Below are positions 55,358 through 64,000 of a stretch of DNA of 64,000 nucleotides, piece by piece. A program made the translations under genes and the position numbers. This DNA is from Hyaloraphidium curvatum SAG 235-1. Its lineage: Eukaryota > Fungi > Monoblepharomycota. The notes below the pieces were generated by a model. It was given only the letters and a program-made list of their open reading frames with translations, made no database searches and was not told where the DNA came from. Where the stretch lies: positions 124,001-188,000 of the forward strand of contig JAIVFI010000029.1 of NCBI GenBank assembly GCA_025558095.1, read 5' to 3'. Position 1 is the stretch's first letter, and every line of letters starts with the position of its first letter.

Positions 55358-57303
55358 TCAGGTGTCCACCTTGACGCCTTCCTCCCGGAGCACCCCCCTC
55401 GCCTCCATCTCGATGATCTCGTACGCCTTCCGCACGTGCTCCTCCCTGCTCCTCCCCCCGATCACCAGCCTCAAGAAGTACACCATCGCCGGCTTGCCGT
55501 CTACCGTCCGCTCCGGCTTCTCCCGGACCTCGCTGGCGGTGATGAAGATGTCGTCCCGCGCGTTGACGCGTTCCGCCAGGGCGCGGTTGGCCGCGTCCAC
55601 GCGCTCTGCGGGGAGCGCGGAGGGGCGCAGGCGGAAGCAGACGAGGGAGAGGGAACGGGGGACGGTGAGCTCGAAGAGGGGGGAGCGGACGACGAGGGAT
55701 TCGAAGAGCTGCGCGAGGGCGACGTCCTGCAATGGCCGGTGCCGACCGGTCAGGCGGTGCGCAAACGCGGCGGCGCGGAAGTTGTACCTTGCGGATATGT
55801 GTGCGCAACCCCGACGCGCCAAACGAGCGCAGCACGAACCACAGCTTGAGGCTGCGGAAGCGGCGGCCCAGCGGCAGCTGCCAGTCGCGGAAGTCGGTCA
55901 CGGCGCCCTCGAGCGAGGCCTTGTTGCGGAGGTAGGCGGGGGTGATGGACATGGCGTCCACGAGGTCGGTGCGGTCGGAGAACCACATGGCGGAGAGGTC
56001 GAAGTTGACGAAGCCCCACTGTGCGACGGGAGAAACAACAGGCGATGCAAGTCAGCTTCCTGCATCGTGCGTCGTCCCAGTATCGCGCACCTTGTGCGGG
56101 TTGTAGTCGAACGAATCCGCCACGAACTCCTTCCCGTCCACCGGGACCGTGATCCCCTCCACCAGGCCCCTGTGCTCCTCGCACACCAGCGCCGCCCCCG
56201 CATACGCCGCGTCCACGTGCATCCAGATCTCACGGCGCGCGCAGACCGCCGCCACCTCGCCCAGCGCGTCGCTGGAGCCGGTGGAGGTCGAGCCGACGGT
56301 GGCGACGGCGAAGCAGGGGATCAGGCCGGCCGCGAGGTCTTCCTGACGACGCGGGACGCGGGATGTTGGCGTGCACCGGCGAGCCGCAACAAACAAAGGG
56401 AGGACCCACCGCAACAGCCTTGTCCAGGGTCTCTCCCCGCAGGCTGTAGGCGTTGTCGGCGTGCAGCGTCCTGATCCCAAGTTTGAGCACCATCGCCCCC
56501 TTCTTGTGGCACGAATGCGCCTCCTCTGACAGATAAACCACCAGCTTCCCCAGCGCTTCCCTCTCGTCGTACTTGTCCCCGAGCCGCTCCTTCTCCTTCC
56601 GGAGCGCGCGCTGCCGCGCCGCGACCATCGCCACGAAGGTCGCGTCCGAGGCCGACTGCTGGATCACGCCGCCGCCACGGCCCGAGGAAAGGTAAGCGGA
56701 GGGGAGGCCGAGCAGGCGGGAGAGCCAATCGAGGGTGATGACCTCAAGCTCGGTGCAGGCCGGGGAACAAATCTGGCGAGGGAGGGGTTCAGCGGTTGCC
56801 GTGGGTTAAGGGCGGGGCACGGACCCAGTTGAATCCGATGCAGTTGATCATGCTGCCAAGCATGTCGCCGATCAGGCTTGGGTAGCTCGAGGTGGCGGGG
56901 TAGAAGGCGAAGAAGTTGGGAGACTGTCCCGAGCGCGTCAGGTGGTGCCGGAAGCGCGCCAGAAAAGGATGAGAACCTGCCAATGCGTGATCCCCGGCAT
57001 GATGTGGTCGTTGAAATCCTTCATGATCTCCTCGAACCCGTCGGGCGCCTCGGGGGCCTCGCCGGGCAGCCTCGGCGCCAAATAGCCGGGCTTCACCTGC
57101 GACGCCACGGGCATCGACGGCACCGCGGCAAAGTAGTCGCACATGGCGTCGACCGCGGCCTTTGCGTTGCGGCGGAAGTCCTCGATGCTCATCGGGCCGC
57201 CGGGCGCGAAGAGCGGGTCGGCGCCGGCGATGTGCGCGCGCACGGCGGGGGGGAGGTCGTCGCCCGCGGCGGGCGCGGAGGTTGAGTCAGCGCTGGGCGG
57301 CAT
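55358..57303 (-). CDS. DDC: Aromatic L-amino acid decarboxylase (group II PLP enzyme), multi-exon
   Basis: VKPGYL, MPGITHWQ|SPNFFAFYP, HVDAAYAG, SFDYNPHK and DWQLPLGRRFRSLKLWFVLRSFG. Confidence 0.95.
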
Positions 57304-57718
57304 CGCGGGATGGGCGGGGGAAGGAGGAGGACACGCTCGGGAGGAGGCGTTGGAGGTTCGCGGCGAGTGGCAAAGGGCGCGGTGGGGGCAAGGAGGCGTG
57401 GCCCGCCACAGGAGCTGCCCAGCCGGAATCCGCGTTTGAGCTCGAGAATGTAAGCAGTTTGAAGCAGTCTTGCTGCTTTCGTCATGGGCCGCGGGCGCCG
57501 GACGCGTCCGATCACCGCCCGAGGCGCTGTGAGAAAGCAGCAGGCCTGGCCAGGAACTCCTCCGACGTCGTTGACCCGAGTTCAGTTGAAGATCCCCCTG
57601 TCCCAAGCCCTCCTTTCGCGCAGAAAGCGGCCCGAGTTTGGTGGTCCGCCCGTTTGACCGCCGAGTGTTTCGATGGGCCGAGACAGACGCGCTGTCAACA
57701 CCGATCACTCGCGACACC

Positions 57719-58210
57719 ATGGTCGCCTCTCCGCCTTTCCGCCTCCTACGGCGAATACCCTCCCATGCCTCTCGCCGAACCTTCTCCTCTCCGTCTCCTG
57801 CCCCCGCGCCCCGCCCCCTGGACCTGACGTTCTTCACGAAAGAGGTCTGCTCGCTGTGCGAGGAGGCCTACCCCGTTCTTGAGGCTGTCGGCAAGAAGGT
57901 CGGGCGGGGACGCGCCTCAAGGCCGCGGCATGAGGGACAACTCTGACATCTTGGGGTGGCGCAGGTGCCCTTCAAGCTCCGGAAGGTCGACATCGAGAAG
58001 GACGAGAACCACGTGGCCTTCCGGAAGTACCGGTGTCAGTGCCCACCTCTCCGCCCCGGGCGACGTCTGCTGATCTTTTGGACAGACGACATTCCCGTGC
58101 TGGCGGTTACTGGGACGGAGGAGCTGGTGATGCGGCATCGTTTCGACGCTGCCAAATTGGAGGCAAAGCTGCGTGCCCTGGCGGCGGCGCAAGCAGGGGA
58201 TGACAGGTAG
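57719..58210 (+). CDS. Mitochondrial glutaredoxin-like protein (DUF836); 3 exons
   Basis: Presequence, FTKEVCSLCEEA, and KYRY|DIPVL after removing introns 57899-57964 and 58035-58085. Confidence 0.85.
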
Positions 58211-58565
58211 ACGGGATGAAGATGGAAATCCATCGGGATTCGACCCGATCCATGTGATCTGGGGATGGGTGCGCTGGGCAGACCCAGGCGGGGAGTCAGT
58301 CACGCGCAGCAGTCCACGCGCGAGTCCATCCGCACACGCATCCGGCGGCAGATCCGCCCGTGCGAACCCGCGGGACGGCGCTCCGCACGGTGCCGCCCTT
58401 TTGCGGCGGCCGCCGACCGCGGCGCACCGGCGGGGAGCGGGGTGCGCGGGCCTGCGCGCCGCGGGCACCTCGCCAACCGCACGCCCACCCCGCGCCGCAT
58501 CGGGCTTGAATCGCCCCAAAAACCCGGGCGTCGGAAATTAGGACGTTCTACCGAGCGGGCGGACG

Positions 58566-59978
58566 ATGCAGGCCGCGCCGCCGCCCGCCGCCGGGCCCCC
58601 GGAACCGCTGGCCCGCCGCGACACGCTCGCATTGAAGAAGCGGCTCGAGGAGGAGCTCGGCGACTATTTCGGGCCATATTGGCGCACCCTGTCGGCGTTT
58701 CTCACGGGCAGGCTGAGCAAGCGCAAGTTTGATGAGGCGGTGGGGCCGCTGCTGTCGTTCCGGCTGCGTGGGTGTCCATTTGGGGCGGATCTCGGGGCCG
58801 GGGGAGCAGATCTCCCCCGTTTCGGAGGCATATCGCGTGCATTGCATGCGCCTGCCTCACCTCCCGGTCTCGGATCATCGGATCTCCTTCCATCGGAGCC
58901 GCTGACCCCGGTTTCCCGCTAGGCCCCGTGCACAACCAGCTCGTCTTTGCCATACACCACAATGCCCAGCGTTACGCACCGCCCACGCCGCCGACAGTGC
59001 TGGGTAAGCGCAAGGAGGTGCCGCAGGGCGCGGACGACGGCCTGGGGAGGCGGCAGATCGGGCCGGGGGACGTGCGGATCGACGTCAAGAAGGTGGGGGG
59101 CTCTTCGGGTGCCAGAACGACATTCCGTGTTCATGTTCATCGCACACAGGATGCCTACGGCAACCCTATCGTCATCACCCTCACGCCGGCGGCGAGCATC
59201 GCCCGCGCGACGCCAAAGTACCACGACACCCAATACCCAGTCACGCCAGCCGGTACATGTCGCTCGCCGTCCCGTTACTCGCGACACCTGCTCACCCTGC
59301 CCGTGCCGCAGATCTTCCTGACCCGTCTGCCATCCCCCCCACCTGCGTGCAGCAGCGCGACCTCCCCTCGCGCGACCTCCTCCGGCAGCGCATCGCGCAC
59401 CTCGCCCACCGCGAGTCGATCCTGCCCGACCCGCCGCCGGGCACGCCGCCGACGGGCGCGGTGACCGAACGCGCCGTGGAGCTCGTGGATCTGGGCATGC
59501 AGGTCCGTCTCTAGCGCCTCGTTTCTACCCTGGTGTGCCTGACCGATTCCCGCGGCAGACCTTCCTCCAGAACATCCTCTCCACCACCATGCGCAAAGTC
59601 CACGACAAGCACACCTCCTCCTTCGGCCCCCCCGCGTCTTCCCTGGCCGCCGACTCCCCATCTCCCACGGCGGCGGAACCGCGGCGCCCCCTCCCCATCC
59701 GGAAGCCCTCCCCACCACCGCGGCCGGACGAAAACAACCGCCCGAACGCCGGCCGCGGGAAGCCTGCTGGCACAAACCCGGGCCCCGCGGCGGAAGACGA
59801 GGGGCCCAAGCCGCCGCCGCGGATCGCGCTGCCGGACCTGTTCTTTGCCCTGCGCACGCGGCCGGTGCTCCTGGGGAGGCACGGCGCGGAGGTGCTGGAG
59901 AGGTGCGTGGCGGAGATGGGGGTCAGGGAGGGGGAGGAGGGGGTGTGGGGTGGGGCGCAGGGAGAGCCGGCGGGGTGA
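58566..59978 (+). CDS. ADA1: SAGA complex subunit Ada1/TADA1-like, multi-exon
   Basis: YWRTLSAFLTGRLSKRKFD, HNQLVFAIHHNA, LPSRDLLRQRI, VELVDLGMQ|TFLQNIL and IALPDLFFAL. Confidence 0.8.
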
Positions 59979-60112
59979 ACTAGCGGCGAAGAGTCGATCA
60001 TGGTGTAGGATACCGCGGTTGATACCCGTAGAAAGTACGCGAAATGAAAGACAGTCGACTGAGCGTCTTTCCTTGCCATAAATAGGTCCGTAGAAGCGGG
60101 AACTAGAGTCCC

Positions 60113-60505
60113 TCACAGACCCAGTCCCATCTCGTCCAACCTCCTCCTCAAGCCTTCCTCGAACTTGCCCACATCGCCCCCGAACAAATCGAGCTCCTTC
60201 GGCCCAAACACCCTCTTCACCTTTCCCCCCTCTGTCCTTGCCAGCACGCATGGCAGCTCCCCCGCCTCCCCGTGCAGCTCCCCCAGCTCGTCCCGGTGCA
60301 GCAGCTCCACCTTGACGCCAAGGCGACGCTTGCACGCGACGAAATCGGATTTCTCGCCGAATGAGCCGTGGGTGATGTCGCATGCGGCGCAAGTTGCCCC
60401 GCGGAATGTCTTGCCGATTATGTAGCGCAGCTCGCCGAGGAGGGAGCCGTCGGCGTTGTACACCACGAGGAGGGCGGCTGGGCGTTCCTTGGAGGGGGCA
60501 GACAT
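60113..60505 (-). CDS. Small conserved hypothetical protein (YNAD..CxxCDITHG..HRDE family)
   Basis: The motif pattern is recalled from an uncharacterised bacterial/fungal family. Intronless. Confidence 0.75.
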   Translation of the reverse strand: MSAPSKERPAALLVVYNADGSLLGELRYIIGKTFRGATCAACDITHGSFGEKSDFVACKRRLGVKVELLHRDELGELHGEAGELPCVLARTEGGKVKRVFGPKELDLFGGDVGKFEEGLRRRLDEMGLGL

Positions 60506-60570
60506 CGCAAGTCGACGAGATGCGGTCGCCGATCGGATCTGCCTTGCGGCGGACGTGATCGCGCGAAACA

Positions 60571-62001
60571 ATGCGGCCGCGGCGGGCCCTCGGCCTCCCG
60601 TGCGCCTTTGCGGCCCTCCTCGTCGCCGACTCCGCACTCTCCTTTAATCTCTTTGCGCTTCCTGCGCCGCTGCCGTCCCGGACGGTCGAGCTCGGCCTTC
60701 GTGCAGCCCCGGCAATACTCGCGACTCTCGGGACGCTCGTCCCGCCTCGCCTGGCCTCTGCCGCGTTCCTATTCAGCGCTGCATCGGTAATTGCGTTGCC
60801 TTGGTCCGCGAGACGCGCGGAATGGCTCGCATGCGGGGCGGGTGCGGCCGCGGTGCTCGCAGGGGCGTGGGTCGCGTTCGGTTCCGCGCTGCGAGCCTCC
60901 CGGGCGCCAAAAGGCGCGTCGATCGCCCTCATCGGCGCAATGCGGACAGAGTGGGCGATGAGGGTGCTTGGATATCTGCTTTCGGCGCTCGAACGCGCTG
61001 CTGGCCTTTCTCCCGCGACGTTCGCCCGCCTTTCCTCCTCCCTCGCCTTGTTCGCCCTCTCCCCCGTCCCCAGCTCCCTCCTCTTCCTCCTCACCCCCCT
61101 GCTCCCGCTCCCCTCCCTCCCCCCTTCCATCCTCGTCTACTCACAGACCCCCTACGGGCCTGCTTCCGTTTTCCACCACGCTGGCAGCAACATCACTTCG
61201 CTCCGCCTCGGGCGCGCCATCCTCGGCGCCAAGTACGCGTGGGGCGACTCGGCCTTCGGGGGTTTTTACCTCCCTTCGTTCGCTGCCCATGCGAGGAAGG
61301 CTGGCAGGGGGCTGGTCCTGGGGCTGGGGTGCGGGATCGATGCTGGGGAGCTTGCCCGCGCTGGGTGGGAGGTTCAAGCGGTTGAGCTGGTGCCACAGGT
61401 GGCGCAATGGGCAGGGGAGCATTTCGGCTTGAAGGGGGTGGATGTGCGCGTCGGGGACGCTTGGGGCTTCTTGGAGGAGGCGGCAAAGGTGGGGGACACG
61501 TGGGACCTGGTCGTTGCGGACCTCTTTGCGGGCTCGGCGACCACCGTGGCCGATTTCTTCCCGCGGATGGGGACGCTCAAGGCCGCCGTGGCACCGGGCG
61601 GCTGTCTGGCGGTCAACATCGTCGCACGCCCGCTGTCGGCCGGCCCAGCCTCCACGCTCTTCAAGAAACACTTCGCGCACGTGCGGTGCTTCACCGAGTC
61701 GGCTGTGCGCAGGGACGGCCAACCCGTGCCCCTGCGCGAAATGGCGGCGTCGGTGACCAACCTCGCCTTCTTCCTCTCGGACGCTCGCATCTCCTTTGAT
61801 GTCCCGCGGCTCACGGACGCCGATTTCGCGGCGATGCCGATCCGTTCCGAGATGCTGGACTATTTCCCGCGGATGGAAATCGACACCGGCAAGTCCGACT
61901 TCGGCGGGGCGTGGGACTCGGAGGAAGCCAGGGTGGTAGAGGGGCAGCACAGAGCGGCCATGCTGGAGATGTTTGACAGGGTGTTCTGGGAGGCGTACTG
62001 A
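60571..62001 (+). CDS. Membrane-fused spermidine-synthase-like SAM/dcSAM-fold transferase
   Basis: N-terminal TM helices; LVLGLGCG, VELVPQV, GDA and DLVVADLF motifs. Confidence 0.8.
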   Translation: MRPRRALGLPCAFAALLVADSALSFNLFALPAPLPSRTVELGLRAAPAILATLGTLVPPRLASAAFLFSAASVIALPWSARRAEWLACGAGAAAVLAGAWVAFGSALRASRAPKGASIALIGAMRTEWAMRVLGYLLSALERAAGLSPATFARLSSSLALFALSPVPSSLLFLLTPLLPLPSLPPSILVYSQTPYGPASVFHHAGSNITSLRLGRAILGAKYAWGDSAFGGFYLPSFAAHARKAGRGLVLGLGCGIDAGELARAGWEVQAVELVPQVAQWAGEHFGLKGVDVRVGDAWGFLEEAAKVGDTWDLVVADLFAGSATTVADFFPRMGTLKAAVAPGGCLAVNIVARPLSAGPASTLFKKHFAHVRCFTESAVRRDGQPVPLREMAASVTNLAFFLSDARISFDVPRLTDADFAAMPIRSEMLDYFPRMEIDTGKSDFGGAWDSEEARVVEGQHRAAMLEMFDRVFWEAY

Positions 62002-62127
62002 CGGAGTTCCGACGGAGCGATGTCCCGATCGAAGAACAACGAAACGCGTGATGAAATATCCATGTCCCCTGACACCCAGCGACAAAGATAGCGAAGGGAC
62101 AACTAGACAGCCCATGTCGCAAGCCCC

Positions 62128-62856
62128 TCACAGCTTCGCCCTCGCCGCCTCCTCCGGCCCGTCCACGCTCATGTAGTGATTCAACCCCTCCGCTCCCAGC
62201 CCCTCCGCAAACTGCAGCCACGCGATCCTCTTCTCTGCCCCCGCGCCGGGCCCGGCCTCGTGGTTCTCGAACAGGATCGACCCCACCCCATCCTCCCGCC
62301 CCGGATCCCGTACGAACACGCGAAAGGGGCAGCGGTACGCCCGCGACGCAGCGGCGATCGCAACGGCGTCCCCCAGGAACCCGGGTCGCCTCAGCAGCGA
62401 CACGTAGTCCGCGAACTCGTCGCCGCCGGGGGATCGGGAGCCCGACCGCGTCCGGGAGCGCTCGATGCCCTCGGACATGATCACCGCCACGTCGTCCTCG
62501 TAACGTTTGCGGTCCCCCTCGATCTCGTCGGCCACCTTCTGGCGCACTTCTAGGTGGCGAGTGGGCGTGCGGTGCAGCTGGTGCGAGAGGGCGCGGAACA
62601 GGCAATCGCCGCCTCCCCCGGTCTCGACGGGCACGAAGCCCTTGGCGCGAAGGGCAGATATGAGGTCGCGTGGCGGCGGTGACCTCGACGAAGAGCGCGT
62701 TTGGGCGAGGTGCAGCATCGGGGCCGGCGACGCGACCGACGCGCGCTGGCCGAGGTAGATGGCCGCCGCGGCGAGCGCGGTCGCGGAGGAGAGCACGGCA
62801 ATCTTGTAGCCGAGCGACGCGCCGGGCGGCGGAGGGGCTGGCCGCGGAGGCGCCAT
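62128..62856 (-). CDS. OTU-family deubiquitinase with an N-terminal hydrophobic anchor
   Basis: GGGDCLFRALS Cys box and NHYMSV His box. Confidence 0.88.
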   Translation of the reverse strand: MAPPRPAPPPPGASLGYKIAVLSSATALAAAAIYLGQRASVASPAPMLHLAQTRSSSRSPPPRDLISALRAKGFVPVETGGGGDCLFRALSHQLHRTPTRHLEVRQKVADEIEGDRKRYEDDVAVIMSEGIERSRTRSGSRSPGGDEFADYVSLLRRPGFLGDAVAIAAASRAYRCPFRVFVRDPGREDGVGSILFENHEAGPGAGAEKRIAWLQFAEGLGAEGLNHYMSVDGPEEAARAKL

Positions 62857-63011
62857 CGGAACTGGCGACGTGTCGCAGATGGAGGTTGCGACGCGATCGA
62901 TCCACCTTCTGGACCTTGTGTCAACCCAAAGATCTATGGTCCTCGAGAAATCTCAAGAGATTCTACGACTTTTTCTCCCCCGGCCGCGGTCCCGATCGCC
63001 CCCCGCGCCGC

Positions 63012-64000
63012 TCAAAGCAACTTGGCGGCCTCGACGACCTTGGCAGCCGTCATCCCCAGCTCCTCCATCACCTTCCCGCCGGGCGCGGAGATGCCGAACC
63101 TGTCGATCGCCACGACCTTGCCGTCGAGCCCGACGTACTTGTACCACGCCAGGCTGACCCCGGCCTCGATCGCCACCCGCTTGCGGCACGCCGAGGGGAG
63201 CACCTGCTCGCGGTACTCGGCCGACTCGCGGTCGAACGCCTCGAAGCAGGGCACCGAGACCACGCGGGCGCCGGGGCCGAGCTCCTTGGCCGCCGCGACG
63301 GCGTGCTGCACCTCGCTGCCCGACGCGAGCAGGATGACCTGCAGGTCGGCCTGCTCCTTGACGAGCACGTACGCGCCCTTCAGCACGCCGTCCCTGCGCA
63401 CCGAAGCGGGGTCGAACGACAGGTTGGGGACCACCTGCCGCGTCAGGGCGATCAGGGTGGGTCCTGTGAGCCTCGCGGCGGCGTGGGCAAAGGCGCCGGC
63501 GGTCTCCTCGGGGTCCGCGGGGCGCACGACGTCCAGGTTGGGGATCACGCGCAGGCCCGAGACGGTCTCGACGGGCTGGTGCGTGGGGCCGTCCTCGCCC
63601 ACGCCGACCGAGTCGTGCGTGAAGATGTAGATGACGGGCAGGTGCGAGAGCGCCGCGAGGCGGATGGCGGGGCGGCAGTAGTCGGCAAAGACGAGGAAGG
63701 TGGCGCCCGAGGGGCGGAAGACGCCGTCGTATGCGATGCCGTTCATGATGGAGCACATGGCGTGCTCGCGGATGCCGAAGCGGATGTTGCGGCCGCCCCA
63801 GTTCGTGGGGGTCCAGTCCTTGGACGAGTTGATGTAGTTGAGCGTCGAACCTGGAATGGGAGGCACAATGAGCGCGTGCTTGACGAAGACGGGGGCGCCC
63901 AGAGTGCGACAACCCACCGTAGAGGTCGGCGGACCCGCCGATCAGCAGCGGTAAGGCCTCGGCGACGGGCTGCAGCGCGTCGGAGCCGGCCTTGCGGGTG
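63012..64000 (-). CDS. TKT: Transketolase, 5'-partial (runs off the window)
   Basis: GSADLY|[37 protein letters not shown] and IDRFGISAP. One intron at ~63852-63918. Confidence 0.96.

Overview
Eukaryotic, GC-rich, gene-dense DNA with short (mostly ~48-65 nt) GT-AG spliceosomal introns, so most ORF-track entries are either gene pieces or GC-driven shadow ORFs. Intron style and gene content suggest an early-diverging (chytrid-grade, e.g. Monoblepharidomycete-like) fungus; this is inference and the organism is not identified. I can support about 30 protein-coding genes, including housekeeping and metabolic enzymes, ubiquitin-system genes and many intronless genes of bacterial-type families. There is also one ~4.7-kb non-LTR retrotransposon (CRE-like, RT plus restriction-like endonuclease, two ORFs), several pseudogene fragments and a few small repeats. 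No rRNA, tRNA or CRISPR array was seen. Most interesting: (1) a spliced gene fusing a herpes-tegument-like (VTD-type) deubiquitinase to an RBR E3 ligase, where the FDSH catalytic motif only appears after splicing; (2) the retroelement, with ATGA-coupled ORFs, a variant LHDD RT motif and an imperfect HDV-ribozyme-like fold at the ORF1 start; (3) a membrane-anchored molybdenum-cofactor-sulfurase-like protein lacking the MOSC domain; (4) signs of rapid gene turnover (a MYND gene with one in-frame TAG, a head-to-head kinase/MYND deletion scar, a decayed paralogue, a partial tandem duplication). All family calls come from motif recognition by eye, not from database searches.
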